64,000 nucleotides of DNA from an uncultured Bacilli bacterium (GCA_934130045.1 CAKOXI010000003.1:11103-75102); one strand, 5' to 3'. Numbered from the stretch's first letter, positions 38,566 through 49,529 are shown. Program-made: numbers and translations. The notes: generated by a model from the letters alone, not told the origin.

Positions 38566-40638
38566 ATGGCTCGTGAATATAGTTTAGAGAAAACTCGTAA
38601 CTTTGGAATTATGGCACATATCGATGCTGGTAAAACAACATCTACTGAACGTGTATTATTCCATACTGGAAAAATTCACAAAATTGGGGAAACACATGAT
38701 GGTGCTTCTCAAATGGACTGGATGGCTCAGGAACAAGAACGTGGTATAACTATTACATCAGCTGCAACAACTGCCTTTTGGAAAGATTATAGATTAAATA
38801 TAATTGATACTCCAGGACACGTTGATTTTACAGTTGAAGTATCAAGATCACTTCGTGTATTAGATGGAGCTGTTGCTTTACTTGATGCACAAGCTGGTGT
38901 TGAACCACAAACAGAAACTGTTTGGCGTCAAGCTAGTGAATTCAAAGTACCTCGTTTAATTTTCTGTAATAAAATGGATAAAATGGGTGCTAGCTTTGAA
39001 TACAGTTTAAGTACAATTGATAGTCGCCTAGGCGTTAATGCTAAACCAATTGAATGGCCAATTGGTGCTGAAAACGAATTTAATGGTGTTATTGATTTAA
39101 TTACTAGAACTGCATATCACTATGACGGCAAACCAGAAGAAAATCCAACTATAATTGATATTCCAAGTGAATTAGTTGATATAGTTGAAGAAAAACGTAC
39201 TGAATTAATTGAAGCAGTTGCTGAATTTGATGATGAATTAATGAACAAATACTTAGAAGGTGAAGAAGTTTCAATTGAATTGATTAAAAGAGCAATTAGA
39301 AAAGGAACTTTAAAAGCTGAATTCTTCCCAGTATTATGTGGAACTGCTTTAGGAAATAAAGGTATTAAATTAATGCTTGATGCAGTAATTGATTATTTAC
39401 CAGCTCCAACAGATATCGAATCTATTAAGGGTGTTGATATGGATGGAAATGAAATAGTAAGACATCCATCTGATTCAGAACCATTTGCAGCTTTAGCATT
39501 TAAGGTTATGACAGATCCATTTGTTGGTAGATTAACATTCTTTAGAGTTTATTCAGGACACTTAAGTAGTGGATCTTATGTATTAAATTCTACAAAGGGA
39601 GAAAAAGAAAGAGTTGGTCGTTTGCTTCGTATGCATGCAAATACTCGTACAGAAATTACTGATGTTTATGCAGGTGATATTGGAGCTGCAGTAGGACTTA
39701 AAAATACTACTACTGGAGATACTTTATGTGATGAAAAGAATCCATGTATTCTTGAATCAATGGAATTCCCAGAACCAGTTATTGAACTTGCTGTTGAACC
39801 AAAATCTAAAGCTGATCAAGATAAAATGGCTATTGCCTTACAAAAATTAGCTGAAGAAGATCCAACATTTAGAGCAAGTACAAATCATGAAACTGGTCAA
39901 ACTATTATAGCTGGTATGGGTGAATTGCACCTTGATATCATTGTTGACCGTATGAAAAGAGAATTTGGCGTTGAAGCAAATATTGGTCAACCACAAGTAT
40001 CATATCGTGAGACTATTACTCAAACTGCTGAATGTGAAGGAAAATATATTAAACAATCAGGTGGACGTGGACAATATGGTCATGTTTGGATTAAATTTGA
40101 ACCAAATCCTGATAAAGGATATGAATTTGTTGACGCAATTGTTGGTGGTGTAGTTCCAAGAGAATATATACCAGTTACAGATAAGGGATTACAAGATGCA
40201 CTAAAAACAGGTGTTTTAGCAGGTTATCCAATGGTTGATGTAAAAGCAACTTTATTTGATGGTTCATATCATGATGTTGACTCATCAGAAATGGCATTTA
40301 AAATTGCTGCATCATTAGCTTTAAAAGAAGCAAAAAATAAATGTAAACCAGTATTACTTGAACCTATTATGAAAGTACAAGTAATTGTACCAGATGAATA
40401 TTTAGGAAATGTTATGGGAGATATTACATCACGTCGTGGACGTCCACTTGGTCAAGAATCAAGAGGAAATGCATTAGCAATTGATGCGATGGTACCACTT
40501 TCTGAAATGTTTGGTTATGCTACAAGTTTAAGAAGTAATACACAAGGTCGTGGAAACTTTACAATGGTATTTGATCATTATGAAGAAGTTCCAAGAAACA
40601 TTGCAGAAGAAATTATCAAAAAAAATGGTGGTAATTAA
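38566..40638 (+). CDS. fusA: Elongation factor G
   Basis: [21 protein letters not shown] and [15 protein letters not shown] are present. 690 aa. Confidence 0.97.
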   Translation: MAREYSLEKTRNFGIMAHIDAGKTTSTERVLFHTGKIHKIGETHDGASQMDWMAQEQERGITITSAATTAFWKDYRLNIIDTPGHVDFTVEVSRSLRVLDGAVALLDAQAGVEPQTETVWRQASEFKVPRLIFCNKMDKMGASFEYSLSTIDSRLGVNAKPIEWPIGAENEFNGVIDLITRTAYHYDGKPEENPTIIDIPSELVDIVEEKRTELIEAVAEFDDELMNKYLEGEEVSIELIKRAIRKGTLKAEFFPVLCGTALGNKGIKLMLDAVIDYLPAPTDIESIKGVDMDGNEIVRHPSDSEPFAALAFKVMTDPFVGRLTFFRVYSGHLSSGSYVLNSTKGEKERVGRLLRMHANTRTEITDVYAGDIGAAVGLKNTTTGDTLCDEKNPCILESMEFPEPVIELAVEPKSKADQDKMAIALQKLAEEDPTFRASTNHETGQTIIAGMGELHLDIIVDRMKREFGVEANIGQPQVSYRETITQTAECEGKYIKQSGGRGQYGHVWIKFEPNPDKGYEFVDAIVGGVVPREYIPVTDKGLQDALKTGVLAGYPMVDVKATLFDGSYHDVDSSEMAFKIAASLALKEAKNKCKPVLLEPIMKVQVIVPDEYLGNVMGDITSRRGRPLGQESRGNALAIDAMVPLSEMFGYATSLRSNTQGRGNFTMVFDHYEEVPRNIAEEIIKKNGGN

Positions 40639-40684
40639 TAATTATTAAAATTACTAAAAAATGTGTCAAACAAGGGGAAAATGC

Positions 40685-40713
40685 TTGAAATTTTTCTCTT
40701 GTTGATATAAAAT
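40685..40713 (+). promoter_or_regulatory. Candidate internal promoter for tuf
   Basis: TTGAAA (40685-40690), a 17-nt spacer, then TAAAAT (40708-40713), in the fusA-tuf spacer. Confidence 0.4.
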
Positions 40714-40747
40714 AATAAATGTAAATAATTAAAGGAGGAAATTTAAA

Positions 40748-41932
40748 ATGGCAAAACAAAAATTTGATCGTTCAAAACCACATGTTAACATTGGTACAAT
40801 TGGACACGTAGACCATGGTAAAACTACTTTAACAGCAGCTATTACTAATGTTCTATCTAAAAAAGGATTTGCAGATTTCGTTGATTATGCAAATATTGAT
40901 AAAGCTCCAGAAGAAAGAGAAAGAGGTATTACAATTAATACTTCACACGTTGAGTATCAAACTGAAAAAAGACATTATGCTCACGTTGACTGTCCTGGAC
41001 ATGCTGACTATGTAAAAAACATGATTACTGGTGCAGCTCAAATGGATGGTGCAATCTTAGTTATTGCAGCAACTGATGGACCTATGGCTCAAACTCGTGA
41101 ACATATCTTACTTTCACGTCAAGTTGGTGTTCCTCGTATGGTTGTATTCATGAACAAATGTGATATGGTTGATGATGAGGAATTATTAGACTTAGTTGAA
41201 ATGGAAATTCGTGAATTATTAAATGAATACGGATTTGAAGGAGATGAAACTCCAATCATTCGTGGTTCAGCATTAAAAGCTCTTGAAGGAGATCCAAAAT
41301 ATGAACAATCTATTCTTGATTTAATGGATGCTGTTGATAATTGGATTCAAACTCCAACTCGTGACACTGATAAACCATTCTTAATGCCAGTTGAAGATGT
41401 ATTCACAATCACTGGTCGTGGTACTGTTGTTACAGGACGTGTTGAAAGAGGTCAATTAAAACTTAATGATGAAGTTGAAATCGTTGGTCTTAAAGAAACT
41501 AAGAAAACTGTTGTTACAGGAATTGAAATGTTTAGAAAACAATTAGACTATACTGAAGCAGGAGATAATGCTGGTGTATTATTACGTGGTATTGCTCGTG
41601 AAGATGTTGAACGTGGACAAGTTTTAGCTAAACCTGGAACAGTTACTCCACATACTAAATTCAAAGCTCAAGTTTATGTACTTAGCAAAGAAGAAGGTGG
41701 AAGACATACTCCATTCTTTAGTAACTATCGTCCACAATTCTATTTCCGTACTACAGATGTTACTGGTGTTATTGAATTACCAGAAGGTGTAGAAATGGTT
41801 ATGCCTGGAGATAATGTTGAAATGACAGTTGAATTAATTGCTCCTATCGCTATCGAAAATGGAACTAAGTTCTCAATTCGTGAAGGTGGTAGAACAGTTG
41901 GTGCTGGTAACGTTTCAGAAGTTATTAAATAA
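40748..41932 (+). CDS. tuf: Elongation factor Tu
   Basis: [33 protein letters not shown] and [25 protein letters not shown] are present. 394 aa. Confidence 0.98.
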   Translation: MAKQKFDRSKPHVNIGTIGHVDHGKTTLTAAITNVLSKKGFADFVDYANIDKAPEERERGITINTSHVEYQTEKRHYAHVDCPGHADYVKNMITGAAQMDGAILVIAATDGPMAQTREHILLSRQVGVPRMVVFMNKCDMVDDEELLDLVEMEIRELLNEYGFEGDETPIIRGSALKALEGDPKYEQSILDLMDAVDNWIQTPTRDTDKPFLMPVEDVFTITGRGTVVTGRVERGQLKLNDEVEIVGLKETKKTVVTGIEMFRKQLDYTEAGDNAGVLLRGIAREDVERGQVLAKPGTVTPHTKFKAQVYVLSKEEGGRHTPFFSNYRPQFYFRTTDVTGVIELPEGVEMVMPGDNVEMTVELIAPIAIENGTKFSIREGGRTVGAGNVSEVIK

Positions 41933-41944
41933 TTAATTATAAAG

Positions 41945-41980
41945 AAAACAAGGAATAGTTTTTATTGCTTGTTTTTTTGC
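41945..41980 (+). terminator. Rho-independent terminator after tuf
   Basis: The stem AAAACAAG / CTTGTTTT is followed by a T-run. Confidence 0.6.
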
Positions 41981-42000
41981 AATAGTATTTGGAGGTTAAT

Positions 42001-42702
42001 ATGAAATATAAAAGAATATTATTAAAACTTAGTGGTGAATCGCTTGGTAGTGATAAAAATAAAGGAATTGATTTTGATAAAGTCCTTGATATTTGTTCAG
42101 AAATTAAAGATGTTGTAGAAAAGACTAATATTGAACTTGGAATTGTAGTAGGTGGCGGAAATTTCTGGAGAGGTAGAAGTAATGGACACATGGATAGATG
42201 TACATCTGATTATATAGGGATGCTTGCAACAACAATGAATGCCTTAGCTTTAAATGATGCATTTAAACAACTTGGTCAGGAATCAAGAGTTCAAACTGGT
42301 ATTGAAATGCGCCAAATTTCAGAATTTTATATTAAAAATAGAGCAGAAAGACATATGCAAAAGGGTAGAATAGTTATTTTTGGTTGTGGTACTGGAAGTC
42401 CTTTCTTTTCAACTGATACAGCTGCAGCCTTAAGATCAGCGGAAATTAATGCCGATATCTTAATTAAAGCTACCAATGTTGATGGAATATATAATTGTGA
42501 TCCTAAAACAAACAAAGACGCTAAAAAAATAAGTGAATTATCATATATAGATGTATTAAATAAAAATATAAAAGTTATGGATTCAACTGCTATAACATTA
42601 TGTATGGATCAACATATTCCTATTTTAGTTTATAATCTTAATAATAAAGGTGATTTGTTTAAAATTATAAATGGTGAAAAAATAGGAACAATTGTTAAAT
42701 AA
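42001..42702 (+). CDS. pyrH: UMP kinase
   Basis: MKYKRILLKLSGESLG, GIVVGGGNFWRG and ATNVDGIYNCDP are present. The ATG at 42001 follows GGAGG. Confidence 0.93.
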   Translation: MKYKRILLKLSGESLGSDKNKGIDFDKVLDICSEIKDVVEKTNIELGIVVGGGNFWRGRSNGHMDRCTSDYIGMLATTMNALALNDAFKQLGQESRVQTGIEMRQISEFYIKNRAERHMQKGRIVIFGCGTGSPFFSTDTAAALRSAEINADILIKATNVDGIYNCDPKTNKDAKKISELSYIDVLNKNIKVMDSTAITLCMDQHIPILVYNLNNKGDLFKIINGEKIGTIVK

Positions 42703-42758
42703 TAATTATATTTTATAAATATCTGCACATATTATAATTAAATTAATATGGAAAGAGA

Positions 42759-42899
42759 ATGAGTATAATGAATTTAATACAAATTAATAATCCCAATACA
42801 TTTGATAATGGATTTAAATTATTATTGATTATATCTATTATAGGTATTGGTGGAATAATGATTTTATTTACAAAATTATATTTAGATAATAAAAAATAA
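42759..42899 (+). CDS. Possible small membrane protein (46 aa), absent from the ORF track
   Basis: MSIMNLIQINNPNTFDNGFKLLLIISIIGIGGIMILFTKLYLDNKK has one clear TM segment. A hairpin AAGAAATAG/CTATTTCTT follows. The RBS is weak. Confidence 0.3.
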   Translation: MSIMNLIQINNPNTFDNGFKLLLIISIIGIGGIMILFTKLYLDNKK

Positions 42900-42914
42900 A
42901 GAAATAGATTTTGT

Positions 42915-44162
42915 CTATTTCTTTAATATTTTTGCAAGTGGTCTTGCATTTTGGTACATAAAGTATAGTGGACCATTTGTAATTAATTCTAAATCACCGA
43001 TATATTCATATACATTAGCTCCAAAATTTAATTTAAATTGTGTTAAACCACTATATTGTGTATCCTTTGTTATATTTGCTAGCCCTCCAATACTAAATTT
43101 TTTGTAACCTTCTTTAGAATATTTTTCTATTAATTTCCAAATAAGTAAATGTTTTGCATTAAATTTTTTATATTTAGAATCGTAACCATCCATTAACATA
43201 TAAATGGTATCACCATATTTAATGGTTAAAAGTGAGGCAATAACTACACCAGTTGGATTTTGACTCATAATATTAGTTGCATTTATTAAATTTACTCTAT
43301 ATTCACTTACTTGATTTTCAAGACTAATTTTTTTAGCAATACTTTTTTTAGTATTAATATTTTTAGTCATTATCACATCATGATTAAATTTTTCACTTTC
43401 TTGTACTTTTAGTTGATATTTTGTTTGTAGATTTTTTAAAAAATGGGTACTATCTAATTTAGCATAATAAAAGTCAATTAAATTTCTTTTTTCATAAAAA
43501 TAATAACAGTCTTGATAATATCTTAAATCTCTTGGATATTTATTTTTGGTCTCAAGATATAAATATTGTAAAGTATTTTGATTACCCTTATAAATTGTTA
43601 CACCATTATTATCTGCGCTTCTAATTTTGGTACGATATTCTTTTTTTATATTTGAAAAAGTTTCAAAATAAGGTCTATTTAAATCAATTACTGCTTCAAA
43701 TCTAGGTTTTAGAGCTTCAAAATTATCATTAAATCCTAAATGATAGTAACCTAATTTTTTTAAATTATTAAATATTTCTTCAAATTTAGGATTACTATAT
43801 ATAATTTCCTTATTAGAATTATAAATATATTTAACAATTAAAGGATTTAATTTTAAAGCAATAACATTTATTTTGCCTAAGAATTTTTTAATACCATTAG
43901 TAAATTCAGAAACAAGATTGTTATTTTCATAATCAATTAAGAAACCATGAGGAGCATATGCATATTTGAATCCATCTCTTTTTTCAATTAAAAAAATTGA
44001 AGCTGCAACTATATTATTGTTATCAATCATACCTAAAAAAATACTTTCAAAATTCTGCTTGTTCATAATAAATGCATATTCTTTGGTTTGATAAATAGAT
44101 TTGATACTATAATTATCAGCAAATTTAGTAAATTCATCATTTGTTAATTGTTTTATAATCAT
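42915..44162 (-). CDS. FemAB-family peptidoglycan interpeptide-bridge aminoacyltransferase
   Basis: 415 aa. The N-terminus FTKFADNYSIKSIYQTKEYAFIM and a central coiled-coil insert between two GNAT-like halves are typical of FemX/FemA/MurM. Confidence 0.8.
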   Translation of the reverse strand: MIIKQLTNDEFTKFADNYSIKSIYQTKEYAFIMNKQNFESIFLGMIDNNNIVAASIFLIEKRDGFKYAYAPHGFLIDYENNNLVSEFTNGIKKFLGKINVIALKLNPLIVKYIYNSNKEIIYSNPKFEEIFNNLKKLGYYHLGFNDNFEALKPRFEAVIDLNRPYFETFSNIKKEYRTKIRSADNNGVTIYKGNQNTLQYLYLETKNKYPRDLRYYQDCYYFYEKRNLIDFYYAKLDSTHFLKNLQTKYQLKVQESEKFNHDVIMTKNINTKKSIAKKISLENQVSEYRVNLINATNIMSQNPTGVVIASLLTIKYGDTIYMLMDGYDSKYKKFNAKHLLIWKLIEKYSKEGYKKFSIGGLANITKDTQYSGLTQFKLNFGANVYEYIGDLELITNGPLYFMYQNARPLAKILKK

Positions 44163-44258
44163 GTAATCATCCTCCGTAACATGAATTATATCATTATAGC
44201 ATATTTTTATTTAATAGTAACTATTTTGAGTAAAAAAAGATAGAATTTTCTATCCTTT

Positions 44259-44417
44259 TTAATTATCTTTTTGGTAGCTATTACACATTGTTGCTTTTTT
44301 ATCTTTATCTTGACCACAATTACAAACTTCAATTTTATTTAATGAGCAACAATTTTGTTTACAATTACAAAATTTACAATCATGTACACTACAACAAATT
44401 TTTTGTTTATTATCCAT
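44259..44417 (-). CDS. DUF1540 family small cysteine-rich protein (52 aa), absent from the ORF track
   Basis: The minus-strand translation is MDNKQKICCSVHDCKFCNCKQNCCSLNKIEVCNCGQDKDKKATMCNSYQKDN. The C-x-V-x-x-C...C...I-x-V pattern fits DUF1540. A GGTGAT RBS precedes it, and a hairpin plus T-run follows the stop. Confidence 0.6.
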   Translation of the reverse strand: MDNKQKICCSVHDCKFCNCKQNCCSLNKIEVCNCGQDKDKKATMCNSYQKDN

Positions 44418-44502
44418 TCTAATCACCATTAATATTATTGTATAAATATAAAATTTTATTCATAAAAAATTTTTTTCGTAATACGATTTATTAGGTGATA
44501 AA

Positions 44503-45414
44503 ATGGACAAGATAAAAATAGGAATACCAAGAGCACTACACTATTATTATTATGGCAATTTATGGAAAAATTTTTTTGAAAATATTGACTGTGAAGTAAT
44601 CATAAGCCCAGCAACCAATAGAGAAATTATAAATAATGGTATTAAATACGCAAATGATGAGATGTGTCTCGCTTTAAAAATATATTTAGGTCATGTAGCA
44701 TACTTAAAAGACAAATGTGATTATGTATTAGTACCAAGAATTGATAAGTATGACATAAATAATCAAACATGTACTAATTTTTTAGCTATTTATGATATTG
44801 TTAATAATTTAATGGATATAAAATTATTAAATTACAATATTGATAATGAATTAGGGGAAGATGAATTATCGGGATTAGTACAAATTGGAAAATATTTAAA
44901 TGTTCCAATAAGTGATTCAATTAGGGCTTATAATAAGGCATTTAAAATTTCTAAACAAATAAGTGATAAAGATATTATTATTAATAGTAAAAAATTAAAT
45001 AATGATACGCTAAAAATTTTATTAGTAGGACATCCTTATATTATGTATGATCAATATTTTGGAATTCCTATTATAAAAATGCTTAAAAATAATAATATTG
45101 AAATTATTTATTGTGATAAATTTGATAGTAAGGTTACAAATGAATTATCTAATAAAATTTCTTCTTCACTATATTGGAAATATAACAAGGAAGAAATCGG
45201 TTCAATAGAGTTATGCAAGAATAAAATAGATGGGGTGATTTTTATTTCTTCTTTTCCATGTGGTCCAGATTCTTTAGTAAATGAACTTGCAATGAGGAAA
45301 ATACAAAAACCATATATAAATATAATTATTGATGATATTGACTCTTTAACAGGAATAGAAACAAGAATAGAAAGTTTTGTTGATATATTAAATGAAAAAT
45401 ATAAAACAATCTAA
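44503..45414 (+). CDS. CoA-enzyme-activase-associated protein (DUF2229-like)
   Basis: KIGIPRALHYYYYGNLWKNFFENIDCEVIISPATNREIINNG...DEMCLALKIYLGH and FPCGPDS match the DUF2229 pattern. Confidence 0.7.
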   Translation: MDKIKIGIPRALHYYYYGNLWKNFFENIDCEVIISPATNREIINNGIKYANDEMCLALKIYLGHVAYLKDKCDYVLVPRIDKYDINNQTCTNFLAIYDIVNNLMDIKLLNYNIDNELGEDELSGLVQIGKYLNVPISDSIRAYNKAFKISKQISDKDIIINSKKLNNDTLKILLVGHPYIMYDQYFGIPIIKMLKNNNIEIIYCDKFDSKVTNELSNKISSSLYWKYNKEEIGSIELCKNKIDGVIFISSFPCGPDSLVNELAMRKIQKPYINIIIDDIDSLTGIETRIESFVDILNEKYKTI

Positions 45415-46474
45415 AAAAATATTATCGTTTCCTCATATGGGAAATTACTATGTTCCTGTTAAATTTTTATTTAAACATATATTTAGTATGGAGATAATGT
45501 CAGCTCCTCAAATTACTAAAAAAACGATTGAACTTGGTACAAAATATAGTCCAGATTTTGTTTGTACACCTTTTAAATACACTCTAGGTAATTTTATAGA
45601 ATCATTAGATAAAGGAGCAAATATATTAGTTCAAGCAGGTGGGGGTTGTAGATATGGTTATTATGGTGAACTACAAGAACAAATATTAAAAGATTTAGGT
45701 TATGATTTTGAATTTATTAATTTTGTAAGTGCAGGACGAATTAATTTAAAAAAAATAAAAAAAGAAATTAAGAAAATTGATGAAAAATTTAATACTATTA
45801 AAGCTTTATATTATTTTTTTATTACATCAAAAATGATTAAATATATGGATAAAATTGATAATATTATTAGAAAGAATATTGGATTTGAGGTTGAAAAAGA
45901 TAGTTTTATAAAATTAAATAATAAAATGTTAAAGGATTTTGGTAAAGTTAAGTCATTTCATCAATTAAGAAAAAAATATAAATTTTATTTAAAAGAATTT
46001 AATAAAATACCTATAAATAAACCAGCTGATTGTTTAAGGGTTGGTATAATAGGTGAATTATATACTGTAATGGAACCTTTTTCTAATTATTATTTAGAAA
46101 AAGAATTGGCAAGTTATAATATAGAAATTAAAAGATATACTAATGTTCATTATTTGGTTTTTGAAAAAGCAAAAAAAGTAAAAAAATATTTAAAATATGC
46201 TGGTGAATATATTAAATATAGAATGGGTGCGGATGCACATGACAATATAGGTAGATGTAAATATTTATGTACCCATGGGTATGATGGAATAATACATATA
46301 AAATCTTCCTTTTGTACTCCGGAAATTGGAGCAATGCCGATATTGAACAAAATTTGTAAACAATATGATGTACCAATTATATATTTTAGTTTTGATTCAA
46401 ATACATCAGAGGTAGGAATAAAAACTAGAATTGAAGCTTTCTATGATATGATAGAAATGAGGAGAAAAAAGTGA
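45392..46474 (+). CDS. 2-hydroxyacyl-CoA dehydratase D-component-like / DUF2229-related subunit
   Basis: LSFPHMGNYYVPVKFLF, PDFVCTPFKYTLG, QAGGGCRYGYY and SFCTPEIG are present. Confidence 0.65.
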   Translation: MKNIKQSKKILSFPHMGNYYVPVKFLFKHIFSMEIMSAPQITKKTIELGTKYSPDFVCTPFKYTLGNFIESLDKGANILVQAGGGCRYGYYGELQEQILKDLGYDFEFINFVSAGRINLKKIKKEIKKIDEKFNTIKALYYFFITSKMIKYMDKIDNIIRKNIGFEVEKDSFIKLNNKMLKDFGKVKSFHQLRKKYKFYLKEFNKIPINKPADCLRVGIIGELYTVMEPFSNYYLEKELASYNIEIKRYTNVHYLVFEKAKKVKKYLKYAGEYIKYRMGADAHDNIGRCKYLCTHGYDGIIHIKSSFCTPEIGAMPILNKICKQYDVPIIYFSFDSNTSEVGIKTRIEAFYDMIEMRRKK

Positions 46475-47418
46475 AAGAATGCTATTTAGGAATTGATATT
46501 GGATCCATTTCAACTAAAGGGGTAATTATAGATGAATCCAATAATATTATTAAGTCCTCTTATATTTGGACGGAAGGTAATCCTGTGTCAGCTGTAAAAA
46601 AGTTAATTAACAATTTAAAAGAAGGTTTAGATAAAAATATAGTTATAAAAGGAATAGGAACTACTGGTAGCGCTAGAAAATTGATTGGTTTATTACTTGA
46701 TGCTTCGATTGTAAAAAATGAAATAACTGCTCATGCGGTTGGAACGCTTTCAACTACTAAAGATGTAAAAACAATTTTAGAAATAGGTGGTCAGGATTCT
46801 AAAATAATTTTAATAGATAATGGCATTATTACTGATTATTCTATGAATACATTATGTGCAGCAGGAACTGGTTCCTTTTTATCAAGTCAGGCTAAAAGAT
46901 TAGGAGTAGATGTAGAAGAATTTGGAAACATTGCTCTAACTTCCAATAATCCTGCTAAAATAGCGGCTAGATGTACAGTTTTTGCTGAATCAGATTTAAT
47001 TCATAAGGCTCAAGTTGGTTACGAAAAAAAGGATATAATAGCTGGTTTATGTAAAAGTGTTGTTATTAACTATTTGAATAATGTTGGAAAAGGTAAAAAA
47101 ATTAAACCACCAATTGTATTTCAAGGTGGTGTTAGTAAAAATAAGGGTGTAGTTAAATATTTTAAAGAAATTTTAAAAGAAGATATTATAGTAGATGAAA
47201 ATGGTCATTTGATGGGAGCTATAGGTATAGCTATAATGTCAAAAAAATATAAAACTAATAAAATTTATAATTTAGATATAGCAGATATAAAATTTGAAAC
47301 TAAGGGGATAGAATGTAAGGGTTGTTCAAATAATTGTGAAGTTTTAAAAATATATAAAGATGATGTTTTGATTGATTCATTTGGTAATAAATGTCCAAGA
47401 GGCGCTGTAAAGAACTAA
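46471..47418 (+). CDS. BcrAD/BadFG family ATPase (acyl-CoA dehydratase activase-type) with an extra C-terminal Cys cluster
   Basis: YLGIDIGSISTKGV, EITAHAVG, EIGGQDSKII and the cluster ligands LCAAGTGSF / ARCTVFAESD are present. The C-terminal tail is CKGCSNNCEV...GNKCPRG. The start is GTG. Confidence 0.8.
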   Translation: MKECYLGIDIGSISTKGVIIDESNNIIKSSYIWTEGNPVSAVKKLINNLKEGLDKNIVIKGIGTTGSARKLIGLLLDASIVKNEITAHAVGTLSTTKDVKTILEIGGQDSKIILIDNGIITDYSMNTLCAAGTGSFLSSQAKRLGVDVEEFGNIALTSNNPAKIAARCTVFAESDLIHKAQVGYEKKDIIAGLCKSVVINYLNNVGKGKKIKPPIVFQGGVSKNKGVVKYFKEILKEDIIVDENGHLMGAIGIAIMSKKYKTNKIYNLDIADIKFETKGIECKGCSNNCEVLKIYKDDVLIDSFGNKCPRGAVKN

Positions 47419-47485
47419 AAAAAGTGATTGACTTTAATAAAAGTTTAGTGTATAAAATATAATTGAATAAAAAAGGAAGTGGATT

Positions 47486-49510
47486 ATGGCAAAAAATCTT
47501 GTAATAGTCGAATCACCAAGTAAATCTAAAACAATAGAAAAGTACTTAGGAAATGATTATAAGGTAGTATCGAGTAAAGGACACGTTAGAGATCTTTCAA
47601 CTAAAGGAAAATATGGCTTAGGAATTGATGTTGAAAATAATTTTAAACCAGATTATACCACAATAAAGGGTAAAAAATCTGTTATAACTGAGTTAAAAAA
47701 AGATGTTAAAAATTCTGATTTTGTTTATCTAGCAACCGACCCTGACCGTGAAGGAGAAGCTATAAGTTGGCATTTATATGATTGTTTAGGACTAAATGAT
47801 GATAATTATAAAAGAATTGTTTTTAATGAAATTACTAAGAATGCTATTTTAGATTCATTTAAACATGCAAGAAAAATTGATCAAAATTTAGTTAATTCAC
47901 AGGAAACTAGAAGAATGCTTGATAGAATTATTGGGTTTAGATTAAGTAAATTAATGCAAGCAAAAACTAGTGGTTCAAGTGCAGGTCGTGTTCAAAGTGT
48001 AGCACTAAAATTAATTGTAGATAGAGAAAATGAAATCAAAAAGTTTAAACCAAGTGAATATTGGACAATAACTTCTATATTTGAAAATTTCCAAGCTGAT
48101 TTATTTAAATATAAAAATAAAGAAATAGAATTAAAGAATGAAGAAGAAGCAATAAACGTTTTAAATAATTTAGATAGTAAATTTGAAATTTCTAATGTAG
48201 AAAAGAAGGTTAAAACAAAAAAATCGCCTGTTCCATTTATTACGAGTACATTGCAACAAGTAGCATCTAATAAACTAAATATGAGTGCTAAAAAAACAAT
48301 GTCAATCGCACAAAAATTGTATGAAGGTATTGAACTTGAAAATGAAACAGTAGGTTTAATAACATATATGCGTACTGATTCTATTAGACTTTCTAATGAA
48401 TTTGTAACTGCTACAAACAAATATATAAAGGGTGAGTTTGGTAGCGAGTATGTTGGAAGTGTTAAGGTTAGCAAAAAAACTGAAAATGTTCAAGATGCCC
48501 ATGAGGCAATTAGACCATCTAGTATTGAAAGAACTCCTATATCTATAAAAAAATATCTTTCAAATGATGAATACAAATTATATAGACTAATTTATTATAG
48601 AGCACTTGCTTCTTTAATGAGTGATGCTAAAACAAATAATACAACTGTTATTTTGGATAATAATGATTATTTATTTAAAGCTACAGGTCAATCGATATCT
48701 TTTGATGGATATTTAAAAATATATAGTGATTATGAAGATACATCTTTAGAAGAACTACCTAATTTAGAAGAAAAACAAATATTAGATAGCAAAGAAATTA
48801 TTAAAGAACAACATTTTACAAAACCACCTGCAAGATATACTGAGGCAAAATTAATTAAAGAACTTGAAGAATTAGGAATTGGTAGACCTAGTACTTATGC
48901 AACAATAATGGATACTATAAAAACTCGTGGATATGTTGTTTTAGAAGATAAAAAATTTGTTCCAACTGATATTGGAATTGAAATAACAGACAAATTGCAA
49001 CAATTTTTTAAACATATTATAAATGTTAAATATACAGCAAATATGGAAAGTGATTTGGATAAAATTGCTTTAGGAAGTATTGATTGGGTAAGTGTTTTAA
49101 AAGAGTTTTATTCTGATTTTGAGCCATCCGTAAAAGAAGCATTTGATAAAATGGAAAAGAAACCACCAGAAGAAACTGGTGAAAAGTGTCCAAACTGTGG
49201 TAGTCCACTTGTTATTAGAAAAGGTAGATATGGTTCATTTACTGCATGTAGTAATTATCCAGAATGTAAGTACATAAAAACTGAACCAAAAGAAATAAAA
49301 GAAGTTTGTGATTGCCCAAATTGTGATGGAAAAATAGTAGAGAAGAAAAGTAGGCGTGGTAAAGTTTTTTATGGATGTAACAATTATCCAAAATGTAAAA
49401 CAGCTTATTGGGATATGCCGATAGGAGAAAAATGCCCAAATTGTTCTAATATGTTAGTTCAAAAAAATAATAAAATTAAATGTAGTTCTTGTGATTATAT
49501 AAAAGAGTAG
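47486..49510 (+). CDS. topA: DNA topoisomerase I
   Basis: The Toprim domain reads LVIVESPSKSKTIEKYLG and the active-site region YMRTDS. Three C-terminal C4 zinc ribbons are present (CPNCGS..CSNYPEC, CPNCDG..CNNYPKC, CPNCSN..CSSC). Confidence 0.95.
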   Translation: MAKNLVIVESPSKSKTIEKYLGNDYKVVSSKGHVRDLSTKGKYGLGIDVENNFKPDYTTIKGKKSVITELKKDVKNSDFVYLATDPDREGEAISWHLYDCLGLNDDNYKRIVFNEITKNAILDSFKHARKIDQNLVNSQETRRMLDRIIGFRLSKLMQAKTSGSSAGRVQSVALKLIVDRENEIKKFKPSEYWTITSIFENFQADLFKYKNKEIELKNEEEAINVLNNLDSKFEISNVEKKVKTKKSPVPFITSTLQQVASNKLNMSAKKTMSIAQKLYEGIELENETVGLITYMRTDSIRLSNEFVTATNKYIKGEFGSEYVGSVKVSKKTENVQDAHEAIRPSSIERTPISIKKYLSNDEYKLYRLIYYRALASLMSDAKTNNTTVILDNNDYLFKATGQSISFDGYLKIYSDYEDTSLEELPNLEEKQILDSKEIIKEQHFTKPPARYTEAKLIKELEELGIGRPSTYATIMDTIKTRGYVVLEDKKFVPTDIGIEITDKLQQFFKHIINVKYTANMESDLDKIALGSIDWVSVLKEFYSDFEPSVKEAFDKMEKKPPEETGEKCPNCGSPLVIRKGRYGSFTACSNYPECKYIKTEPKEIKEVCDCPNCDGKIVEKKSRRGKVFYGCNNYPKCKTAYWDMPIGEKCPNCSNMLVQKNNKIKCSSCDYIKE

Positions 49511-49529
49511 ATTTTAAATAAAAATAATG

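Noticed and set aside
47486-49510. topA as a marker of a conjugative element, given the SLT-domain gene downstream.
   Set aside because: It is a full-length housekeeping-type TopA with three zinc ribbons. No relaxase, coupling protein, VirB4 or integrase is nearby.
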